Of a stretch of 64,000 nucleotides of DNA, positions 55,361-64,000 are shown in pieces; the first letter of the stretch is position 1, and every line of letters begins with the position of its first letter. This DNA comes from an uncultured virus (IMG/VR IMGVR_UViG_3300050821_001073) (taxonomy: Duplodnaviria; Heunggongvirae; Uroviricota; Caudoviricetes). The stretch lies in IMG/VR virus record IMGVR_UViG_3300050821_001073; one strand, written 5' to 3'. The notes under the pieces are model-generated. The model ran no database searches and was not told the DNA's origin. It saw nothing but the letters and a program-made list of their open reading frames with translations. The translations under genes and the position numbers were made by a program.

Positions 55361-57382
55361 ATGACAGTTGACCAGTTGAAAATCACGTATCAGGAATGCC
55401 TGACCAATCCTAACTATCAATACAAGGATCTGGATGAAACCGAGAGATTCAAGCTGGCAGTCAAGTCCTTCCAACGGTTGACCCCAGAACAGCAAAAGGA
55501 AGTCCAACAGTCTTGGGCAAAGGCCCTTGGAGTTAAGGCTCTTACTGAAGAAGACATCAAGGACGCCCTGCGTTACCGCTTTCTGGCCCAGACCAACCTA
55601 TACTTCCTATGTAAACTCTTAGTTAAGTATAACGAAACGACCCTAAAGACTCATGAGGACATCTGTAACAGATTTTTCATCAGCAAAGACCCGACAGTGA
55701 GCTTCCGAACCTTCGCCGATGCCTACCAAGGGCAGAAGGAAGGGCTCCTAATGACCCCGCGTGGTGGCTTTAAGTCATCCCTAGACATCGCAGACTGCGT
55801 TCAATGGGTTATCTGCTTCCCTGAAATCACTGTACTAATCATGACGGCCACACTGAAATTGGCGTCGATGTTCATCGGAGAGCTTAAAGAGCACTTCAAG
55901 ATGGTGGAATCTCGTGTTAAAACCGAGAAGGGCAAGAAGAAATACGAAATAAAGTCATTCAGGAATGAAGCAACTGGCCAATGGATGCCTTCTTTATTCC
56001 AATCATTGTTCGTAGAGCACTGCATTATGCCTGATGATGGCCTTTCGACTGAATTCCAGACCAATGCCTGCGCTCCAATCGACAAAGAGCCAACAGCTAT
56101 GGCCGCGAGTATCGAACAGACCCTTGCAGGACTTCACTACGGCATTTTAAAGCTGGATGACGTTGTTTCCAACGAGAACAGTAATACAGCGACCCGTATG
56201 GAAGAAGTCAATAAGCAGGTCAGTATAAGTAAAGGTATGTTACATCCATATGGGTTCATTGATTACATTGGAACATGGTATGATGATGCTGACTTATATG
56301 GGCAGATGCTTAAGTATGATGATGATCTCGTTAAAGAAGAGAATACTCAGAATTTGCAAATAGGTTCTATCGCATCAGGACGATTCAATAGCACCGCGAG
56401 TATGCGCATTTATGTGCGCGCCTGTTGGTGGCTGACTGAAGCGGCCAATAAGGCAGGTAAAGTCGAAGCGGAATGCAAAGAAGAAGATTATGAACTTTGG
56501 TTCCCTGAACGACTGCCTTTCAAGAAGTTAAAGAAGATACAAAAGAGCGATAAACACTTCGCCATCAAGTATCTGAATAATCCCCGTTTGATCCATCAGG
56601 TGAAGTTCCCACGAGAACTGCTGGTACGTCGAACTGTGGATCACCAACAGTTGCCGCAACAAGGCAATATAGTGATGGTCGTAGATGTGGCTTATTCTTT
56701 GAAGAGTTGGGCAGATTACACCGTCATTATGGTTGGTTTGATCCATGCAGGCCGCTTTTATGTCATTGATATGAACCGTGGGCGCTTCAATGAATACCAA
56801 ATGCCTGTCATGATCGCCAATATGGCCATGAAGTGGAAACCAAAGCGCATTGCCATGGAAGACTCAGTAGGAGTTAAATGGATGGGCAAGGAAACCCGCA
56901 GAGAGTTGGATAAACTCCGCATCCTGATTCCGATTGAATATATAGGATTGGGCAAAGGCAGTGCAGCCAGCAGTAAACAGGTTAAGGCTCAGCCAGTCCT
57001 ACGGCTTCTTGGAGATGAACGTCTGTTCTTCTCAAAGGGCTGTGCAGATCTGGAAGTCATCTACGAAGAACTCGAAAGGTTCGGCCAAGGCACAGCAGCC
57101 CATGATGACATTGTCTCGGGCGTCTCTCTAATGGTCCAGCACTTCGGTCCCTATGCTGACATGGAAACCAGACAACAGAAGCCAATGGATATCAGGGAAG
57201 ACCAAGAAGCAGCCGCAGCCAAGGATAACTATAATAGAATCTATGGTATGGGCAAATATTTTATGCACGATGCAAACAATAGCAACATGGCCCATGATGA
57301 CCATCCTTCGACTCAGTTTGAAGCCATGAAAGGCACTACCGAAGTGGTTCATGATGTGGACCCGCTCGCCGATCTCTTTTAG
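55361..57382 (+). CDS. terL: terminase large subunit
   Basis: PRGGFKSS (Walker A), G.HY...LDD (Walker B), IGT.Y, VDVAYS, ADYT, HDD nuclease motifs. Confidence 0.9.
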   Translation: MTVDQLKITYQECLTNPNYQYKDLDETERFKLAVKSFQRLTPEQQKEVQQSWAKALGVKALTEEDIKDALRYRFLAQTNLYFLCKLLVKYNETTLKTHEDICNRFFISKDPTVSFRTFADAYQGQKEGLLMTPRGGFKSSLDIADCVQWVICFPEITVLIMTATLKLASMFIGELKEHFKMVESRVKTEKGKKKYEIKSFRNEATGQWMPSLFQSLFVEHCIMPDDGLSTEFQTNACAPIDKEPTAMAASIEQTLAGLHYGILKLDDVVSNENSNTATRMEEVNKQVSISKGMLHPYGFIDYIGTWYDDADLYGQMLKYDDDLVKEENTQNLQIGSIASGRFNSTASMRIYVRACWWLTEAANKAGKVEAECKEEDYELWFPERLPFKKLKKIQKSDKHFAIKYLNNPRLIHQVKFPRELLVRRTVDHQQLPQQGNIVMVVDVAYSLKSWADYTVIMVGLIHAGRFYVIDMNRGRFNEYQMPVMIANMAMKWKPKRIAMEDSVGVKWMGKETRRELDKLRILIPIEYIGLGKGSAASSKQVKAQPVLRLLGDERLFFSKGCADLEVIYEELERFGQGTAAHDDIVSGVSLMVQHFGPYADMETRQQKPMDIREDQEAAAAKDNYNRIYGMGKYFMHDANNSNMAHDDHPSTQFEAMKGTTEVVHDVDPLADLF

Positions 57383-57399
57383 AATCAAAGGAATAGAAT

Positions 57400-57744
57400 A
57401 TGTCAATTGCTTTCCGTACCTACCAAAATCTATCTAGAGCGAGTTCCGCAACTTACGAAAATAGCCATATAGCCAAGGCTTCTGGTGGGACGTTCTTTAG
57501 AGTAGAAGGATATAATTCCAAGGCAAGTGCCCAATTTATCCAAGTGTTTGACTCCGCAACGGTTCCTGCCGATACGAGCGTGCCGCTTTACACCTTTACC
57601 GCCGCTGCCACTTCCAACTTTTCATTGGATCTGCACACATTCGGAGATACTTTCGGAGCAGGTATTGTGGTTTGTAATAGTTCAACTGGTCCCACCAAGA
57701 CGATTGGCTCAGCCGATTGTTTTTTCACCATAAAATTTATTTAG
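57400..57744 (+). CDS. hypothetical beta-sandwich (virion) protein
   Basis: S/T/A/F-rich, FIQVFDSATVP. Confidence 0.6.
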   Translation: MSIAFRTYQNLSRASSATYENSHIAKASGGTFFRVEGYNSKASAQFIQVFDSATVPADTSVPLYTFTAAATSNFSLDLHTFGDTFGAGIVVCNSSTGPTKTIGSADCFFTIKFI

Positions 57745-57767
57745 TATATATTTAGGAGAATCCCTCA

Positions 57768-57950
57768 ATGATGAATGATAGAACTCGCGTTAAAAAGATG
57801 CCTGCATTCCCGAAGACCGAAGCCGTGTCCACCGATGGAATGAAGAAGATGCCCGCGTATCCCAAGACCGCTGCTGTTTCGACCGGCCTGGAAATTCACA
57901 AGATGCCCGCGTGGCCTGCACCGCCTACGGCTCCTGCAAAAAAGATGTAG
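57768..57950 (+). CDS. small protein with three KMPA(F/Y/W)P repeats
   Basis: AGGAG RBS; AAGATGCC repeats; terminator follows at ~57966-57990. Confidence 0.65.
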   Translation: MMNDRTRVKKMPAFPKTEAVSTDGMKKMPAYPKTAAVSTGLEIHKMPAWPAPPTAPAKKM

Positions 57951-58097
57951 TATAATAGTAGTATAGGGGGACCAATCGGTCCTCCTTTTCTATTTGTTGC
58001 AAAGTGTTGATACTTATATATAAGTATTGATGAAACGCAACAAAAAGCATTACGTATTCAGTACGTAAAACGTGCATTTGTGCTATAATTAAGGTTT

Positions 58098-58742
58098 ATG
58101 TTCATATATCTCATCACAAACCGAGTTAATGGGAAGGTTTACGTCGGTCAACACGCCGGTACGAACCTGAAGCGATACCTACGCGCTGATTACACGCGCT
58201 CTTTGAAGTCTAAGACCAACACTCGTAAACCCCATCTTTACAATGCTTTGCGTAAATATGGAGAATCGGCCTTTGTAATTGAGCCGTTGATTCAATTGGA
58301 TTTACAGGATAAGAGCCTCACGAAGTTATTAACCGACCGCCTTGAGACATATTTCATAAAAGTCATGAACTCTCAAGATAAGGCGCTTGGTTATAACGTT
58401 GCAGCAGGCGGTGGAGGGTCTTTCGGGTACACGAGAGAGTTTACTCCTGAATGGCGTGCCAAACTCGCAGAAGCGGGAAGAGGTAGAAAGCATTCCGAAG
58501 AAACAAAAGCCAAGATGAGCAAAGCGGGCACCGGAATCCCTAAGACCAAAGAGCACCGAGAGAAATTAAGCATCGCAAAACTGGGCAAAAAGATGGGTAC
58601 ACGTACTCCCGAGCAGAGAGTGAACATGTCACGGGCACATAAAGGACACGAAGTATCTCCCGAAACTAGGGAAAAGATTCGGCAGGCTAATCTGGCCTTC
58701 CAAGAAAGAAAACGTAAAATGAAATTGGAGGGTACTGCATGA
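58098..58742 (+). CDS. free-standing GIY-YIG homing endonuclease with NUMOD3 repeats
   Basis: FIYLITN.VNGKVYVGQ, GYN...GG, HSEETKAKMS repeats. Confidence 0.92.
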   Translation: MFIYLITNRVNGKVYVGQHAGTNLKRYLRADYTRSLKSKTNTRKPHLYNALRKYGESAFVIEPLIQLDLQDKSLTKLLTDRLETYFIKVMNSQDKALGYNVAAGGGGSFGYTREFTPEWRAKLAEAGRGRKHSEETKAKMSKAGTGIPKTKEHREKLSIAKLGKKMGTRTPEQRVNMSRAHKGHEVSPETREKIRQANLAFQERKRKMKLEGTA

Positions 58743-61052
58743 ACCCATTAGAATCCGACGGCAACGCCGGACGCAACCTTACTGAACAAGACTACGGTAA
58801 GGAAGGGGAAATCAAAACTCTTAGTGGTGACCTTGCTCTGGTGGTGGGTTCGGCTGCAAAGGCCGAGGCATACATTTCTCAGAAATCTTGGGCATTATTG
58901 TGGAGAGACGCGGATTTTAGACAAGATGGTCCGCTTTAAATTCACTCTGATAACTTGAACGCTGAAACGCCAACAAGGGGCAAGTGCTTTCGCACAGCCT
59001 GAGAGACTAAGCGAGTGAAAACCCAATACAGGGTTATGCGATAGTCCGATCTTATGGGAATTACAACCATAAGAGTCAACTAGAAATAGTTTGACCTGCT
59101 AACTAGCAGTAACATGAATGCTTCTATTCCAATCGCCGCGACCACTTTCGACATATGAGAATACTTACGTCCTCGAACCCAATGTGCAACGGTTCACCGT
59201 CGCTAAGATTTGCAACTCTGTGGTTCCTCAGTTGTACAAGGGTTTATTTTACGAAGATCCGCCGTTGGCATTGCGTCCACGTCCCGGAACTTCCCAGAAC
59301 ACGACCGAAGCTAAAACGGCGTTGTTCGCGTATCTCCTGGATGCCTGCAACTTCAAGCGTGAAGTCAAGTGGGGCATGGAGAACAAAGCATTATTTGGCA
59401 CTGCTATCTATAAGTGGGGCATAGAGTACGTTGAAGTCGAACGTAAGAAACGAAAGGCAGCTAAGGCTGTTCTGAAGTCTGGTCCAGTTGGACAGCAGGA
59501 CTCAGAAACGATTATCACTGATGATGCTCCAGATATCGAAAGAACCGTAACAATGGTTCCTAGGCCATTCTTTGAGCACAGACCGTTGGATAAGGTCCTT
59601 GTGGACCCCAAGGTCGAAGTAGGAGATATCCGCAAGGCTGACTTTGTGGTGGATATCCGCTATATGGATTACTACCAGATGCTTGACCTTCAAAAGTCCA
59701 GCGTAGATGAAGATGGTGTGACTATCGAGGGATGGGATTGGCCCGCTGACTTACAAAGTCTCTGGATGCCAAATAGCACTCTTGGTGTCGCACCATTGCT
59801 CGCATCCACTCAAGCCACTTATACAGAAGGTGTTGTACTTCACTCAGAGCAAGTAAGTATCACAGTAAGTCCTGATTTGCTACTTAACAAGGTAGAGGTT
59901 ATGGAGTACTGGGATAAAAAGCGTAAGATTCTGGTACTTGACCGTAAAAAAGTTCTCTTCACAGGGGATAATCCGTTCAAGAAGATACCATTCCTTAGCT
60001 CAAACTGGTGGAATCGCCCTAAGGCATTCTACGGCATGGGTCTGGGCCTTATCGTAGGTCAGAACCAACGTGTTGACCAAGGAACGATCAATGCTATCCT
60101 GAAGATTCTTAGTTTTGGTGTAAATCCAGTGTATCTGCGTAGCAGAGATGCCAATTCACCAACACAAATGATCCGAACCGGCCTAGGTAAGATGCTGACA
60201 GTCGATGGAGATATCACTAAGGCATATAAACTCATGGAAACTCCACGAGTTCCGCCTGAGGTTTGGCAAGCACTTCAAGAGAACCAACAGGCAACGGAAA
60301 GCTCTTCAGGAGCCGACCAAATGCTGGTTCAAGGGTCCACAGCCGGTCCACGCAGCAGCATGGGACGGACAGCAGGTGGTGCAGCTACCCTCGCGGGCGC
60401 TTCAGCCACACGCTTAGATGGCCCTTTGGATAACTTCATTGAACAGGTATTTGAACCTTTCCTTTATATCCTTGATGAACTCGTATTTGAATACATAGCG
60501 GACAAGGAAATCGTTGAAATACTAGGTGAAGAAGTTGGTAAGGAATTAATTAAGAACCTAGATATGCAGGATTTCTGGGATTCTAGAGATGAGTTTGAAG
60601 TATTAGCTGGTGCAAGTCTCGCTGCAAAGAAGACGATGGCACAGTCGCTCACGTTGATTACTCAAATCTTTGAGAACCCACAGATTCAGGAAAGTCTGGC
60701 GGAAAACCAACAAGAGTATATTGACTACAAGGCAATTCTGAGCATGTGGATGCAGTCTTCGGAATGGAAGAATCAACAGGATATTATCAAACCGATGACT
60801 CCTGAGATGATCCAGCGAAAGCAAGCAGCTTCACAGCAGGCTATGCAGCAATCTAAGGGTGCAGTCGCCCAACAGTCTCAGGATCAGAAGTTCCAACAGA
60901 AGTCACAACTAGAAGATCAGCAGAATGACAACCGTATTAAGCGCGATTTAGTCAGGCAAGCAGCCGGTGCCAATGCTAAATCAGAGGCTCTAACGGGATC
61001 TCCTAGTGAGACTCAAGGATTGGGCTCCCAAGGTGAGGGTACAGTTGTCTAA
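58739..61052 (+). CDS. portal protein, spliced: join(58739..58915,59121..61052), 702 aa
   Basis: position after TerL; FGTA..K.G, FYGMG.G; exons join in frame (...WRDAD|LLFQSP...). Confidence 0.8.
58916..59120 (+). ncRNA. group I intron in portal gene (205 nt, ORF-less)
   Basis: P1 GCGGAU/GGUCCGC with U.G; R GAGAGACTA; S GCGATAGTCC; terminal G; splicing restores the ORF. Confidence 0.9.
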
Positions 61053-61133
61053 GTCGATGATATAATATAGTTATGGGGATGGTTGGCGGGAACATCTAAA
61101 ACACCCGCCCGATATTCTTTTGAGGAGAATTAA

Positions 61134-61469
61134 GTGGAAGAACATATAACTAATGGTGATCGGACTAGCCTACTTTCAATGCTTAGATCTGATGGATTTC
61201 GAGTACTACAAAAGATTATGAAAGCTAAGTGTGATGCTTACATCACTGTCCTTCTGAATGCCAATCCGGCAAATGATGAAGAAGTTCTTGCAGCCCACCG
61301 GATGGCTAAGGCTGCTGCACAGTTTTACGAATCCGTCACCAACCAGATCAATGAAGAAATAATGATGTTCAATGCAGACAATATATATCAAAAACCCCAG
61401 GATGTAACAGAGGGTTTACTAGACATTGATAACAGTATGCAACAACAGTTTGAAGAGGAGCAATTCTAA
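61134..61469 (+). CDS. hypothetical protein (portal-adjacent)
   Basis: GAGGAG RBS, GTG start. Confidence 0.65.
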   Translation: MEEHITNGDRTSLLSMLRSDGFRVLQKIMKAKCDAYITVLLNANPANDEEVLAAHRMAKAAAQFYESVTNQINEEIMMFNADNIYQKPQDVTEGLLDIDNSMQQQFEEEQF

Positions 61470-62473
61470 TGTCAGAAATCAATGAGCCTATTGAGTCCGT
61501 TGAAGTCGAACCTATTGAAGTCGTGGAAGCTCCAGTAGAAATCGCCCCTGCCCCTGTGGCAGTTCCCGAGCCATCTTTTGAGTATCGTTATACTCCCCAA
61601 GATGAGCACGGAAGAAAGCTTGGCAGTGAGCAAGTATTCAAAGGCCGTAATGCTGAAGAAGTTCTTGCTAAGGTTGCCGAAGCTAATAAACATTTGATTC
61701 AGCTTAACCGGAATCTGACGAAGAAGATCCGCTTAGGTCAGATGGACCCTGCCGAAGAGATGCCAGAGAATGCACGCCGCTTTGCTGAACAGCCGACATT
61801 CAGCAGCCAGGAATTGACCGCTGATGAGCGTGTTGAACTCTCGCGTGACCTTCTGGACCCAGAAAGATTCGATGCCGCTACGAACAGATTGTTCGAGGCG
61901 AAATTGGGCATGAAGCCTGAAGTACTCCGTACTACCTTGCAAGAAATGCAAGAGACGAATCAAAGACTGACAGTCAAGACTGAAGCCGACGCCTTTGTCG
62001 CCAACAATCCTGGCTATTACCCATGTAGAGAAAACCTTGAAACCATTGTCAACTGGATCTTGAAACAAAAGTTGGCCATGGTAAGAGAAAACATCCAGTA
62101 CGCATACGATACGCTAAAAGCAGCCGGATTGCTGCTTGAAGCACCAATGATACGTGAGGCTGTGGCCCCGGTTCAAGCCCCTATTGAGCCCGTGACACAA
62201 ACGCCGGAAATTGTCCCGGCACAGGAAGAAGTCAGTCGGATTACTGAACCGAAACCTGCGAATCGCCGTCCTGCCGCAATCGCATCTGGCTTGTCAAACA
62301 AGTCCGCCGCAAGCGTGGGCACACCACCCAAGAGCGGTTATACGTTGGAAGAAATCAATCGAATGTCTTCCGCCCAATTGCTCCATGCCTCAAAGACCGT
62401 AAAGGGTTTTGATGCCATGATCGACCGATTGGAGAAAGAGGCATTTGAGAAGCGCCAAGCAAACCGCCAATAA
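61469..62473 (+). CDS. putative capsid scaffolding protein
   Basis: acidic helical protein between portal and MCP. Confidence 0.65.
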   Translation: MSEINEPIESVEVEPIEVVEAPVEIAPAPVAVPEPSFEYRYTPQDEHGRKLGSEQVFKGRNAEEVLAKVAEANKHLIQLNRNLTKKIRLGQMDPAEEMPENARRFAEQPTFSSQELTADERVELSRDLLDPERFDAATNRLFEAKLGMKPEVLRTTLQEMQETNQRLTVKTEADAFVANNPGYYPCRENLETIVNWILKQKLAMVRENIQYAYDTLKAAGLLLEAPMIREAVAPVQAPIEPVTQTPEIVPAQEEVSRITEPKPANRRPAAIASGLSNKSAASVGTPPKSGYTLEEINRMSSAQLLHASKTVKGFDAMIDRLEKEAFEKRQANRQ

Positions 62474-62507
62474 CGGTCTTGTTTTGCGTTAAGGGAACCA
62501 TTTCACA

Positions 62508-63616
62508 ATGGCTTATACTCCTGCTGCAAACACTACCAACACCCTCCCGCAATCGACCGTTTTTACTGGCGGTCTTTAAATCTTTTCTAATTGACTTCAA
62601 CGCTGAAATGCCAAGAAGGGCGAAGCCGAAAGGCACGCTGAGAGACTAAGCGAAAAGACACTTTTATGAGGAGTGATACGATAGTCCGAACATGTCAGAA
62701 TAGTTCCATAATGACATGAAATTGACAGAAATGCTCAATTCCGGCATAGACATGCTGAGTAACAACTTGCAAGTACTACGACGCGAAATTCCGTGAGAAT
62801 TTGAAAGCTCAGACTCCTTTCGTGGCTTGTTCAGAGCGTTTGAACCTGCCCGTCCAGTCTGGTAACCAATATGAAATGTTCATGTACGTTCCGTTCGCTG
62901 CCAACACGACTCAGGTCACCGAAGGCACCGTTGGAACGAGCATCACTGCTAACGTCCTGAACACGACTGCCACCATCGGCGAATACGCCGACTTCGCTAA
63001 CTTCTCTTCTTTGGCTCTCGCTACCGCGATTGACAACACCGTTGAGAACGTTGCCAAGGAAATGGCGTATCGTTTGGGCGAGTCGTTGTCCGCTGTGGTT
63101 CGCGCCACGGTTGACGGCGCTCCTTCGATTGATAGCTCGGTTCTCGTGAAACTGCCTGCGACTTCGTTGACGGCTTTCACGACCCTGTCCCTGTCCGCGA
63201 TTCGTAATGCGGTTCAGAGCTTGGCTGGCCGTGCAGTTCGTCCGTATGATGAAGCTACCAAGCTGTTCGGTGGCGTGATTCACCCGTTTGCCGTTGGTGA
63301 CGTTCTTGCTGACAACAGCAACAACAGCCCCATCGACATCGCGAAGCACACCTCCATTGGTCTGGCCAAGATGGAAGATCTTATCTCTACCGACCTGACT
63401 GAAATGATCGAATTCCCGTCTTCTGGCGTGGCGTTCTTCCAATCGCAGCTCGTCACCACGACTCCTAACTTCCAATCCGTGACCGGATTGACCGCTCTTC
63501 GCACCTATATCTTCGGGCGCGACGGCGTTTACAGCATCAAGCTTGGCGCACAGGGCGATACCGCTTATGGCGACGGCGAATGGCAGAACATAAAACCGTC
63601 CATAGTACAAAACGCT
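62508..63616 (+). CDS. major capsid protein (N4-gp56-like), spliced: join(62508..62560,62770..63616,...) continuing beyond window
   Basis: MAYTPAANTTNTLPQST|VKYYDAKFRENLKAQ..., EGT, EYADF, GVIHP...D; strongly biased codon usage. Confidence 0.85.
62561..62769 (+). ncRNA. group I intron 1 in MCP gene (209 nt, ORF-less)
   Basis: P1 GACCGU/GCGGUC; GAGAGACTAAGCG; ACGATAGTCC; terminal G; frame restored. Confidence 0.9.
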
Positions 63617-64000
63617 AGAAACTTCGGTGTGGCGTCTGTAGGCTTAAATCTACAGTAAAAAATAAAGCAACTCTAATTGACTTGGAAGCTGAAATGCTAA
63701 CAGGGGGCAAGCTAACGCAGCCTGAACGACTAAACGAGTTGCATCCTTATAGGATATGTGATAGTCTAAACTTATGGAAAAAAGCACTTATATTGATGAA
63801 ACAGGAAACCGCTACGGAAGATTGATCGTGATCTCCAAAGCTGAAACTCTTAAAAAAGGAAACAAAACACTCGCGCAATGGAATTGCATTTGTGACTGCG
63901 GACAAGAACGCATCGCATTGGGTCATGTATTGCGGTCGGGTAAACTGCTTAGCTGTGGTTGTTTGAAGCGGGAACGTGCCGTGGAGAATTGCCAAAAAGG
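63617..64000 (+). ncRNA. group I intron 2 in MCP gene (partial), ORF-containing
   Basis: P1 ACGCU/GGCGU; GAACGACTA; GTGATAGTCT. Confidence 0.85.
63774..64000 (+). CDS. intron-encoded HNH/AP2-type homing endonuclease (5' part)
   Basis: MEKSTYIDETGNRYGRLIV...WNCICDCG...LRSG...SCGC. Confidence 0.8.
   Translation, partial: MEKSTYIDETGNRYGRLIVISKAETLKKGNKTLAQWNCICDCGQERIALGHVLRSGKLLSCGCLKRERAVENCQK

Noticed and set aside
58739..58939. Separate 66-aa gene or portal pseudogene
   Set aside because: Explained as exon 1 of the intron-split portal
62831..63610. 259-aa minus-strand ORF
   Set aside because: Antisense shadow of the codon-biased major capsid gene
1..64000. Integrase/repressor (temperate lifestyle) or flanking host DNA
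   Set aside because: None recognised; recA and polA sit in phage-type context

Overview
A 64-kb segment of a tailed dsDNA bacteriophage genome. The host is unknown; an abundant TTTAGAATCAA IHF-like motif loosely suggests Acidobacteriota. Layout: (1) 1-6.4 kb, + strand accessory/late genes (metallophosphoesterase, dNMP kinase, trypsin-like protease, holin-like, Ig-like). (2) 6.5-32.4 kb, - strand lysis, replication and recombination arm (GH108 endolysin, HD hydrolase, RecA, EndoVII-like, kinase-like, primase-helicase, SF2 helicase, GT4, HNH, PD-(D/E)XK nuclease, VWA/metallopeptidase + MoxR-like AAA). (3) 33-44 kb, a divergent block of small early-type genes with six identically built sigma54-type promoters. 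(4) Family-A DNA polymerase, followed by a ~800-nt ORF-free structured RNA candidate. (5) + strand morphogenesis arm (TerL, GIY-YIG, portal, scaffold, major capsid) with three group I introns. The standout, largely missed by the ORF track, is a family of 33 intact (plus 1 broken) 41-68 aa micro-ORFs in 9 loci, including a 16-member cluster at 44.6-47.5 kb. They start M-I-L/F/V (or MNL/MV), are Ser/Gly/Cys/aromatic-rich and hypervariable, often end in C-G-G-x, and are mostly translationally coupled. They look like a diversified peptide library, with a candidate partner protein at 32056-32427. All translations were done by hand and no database searches were run.
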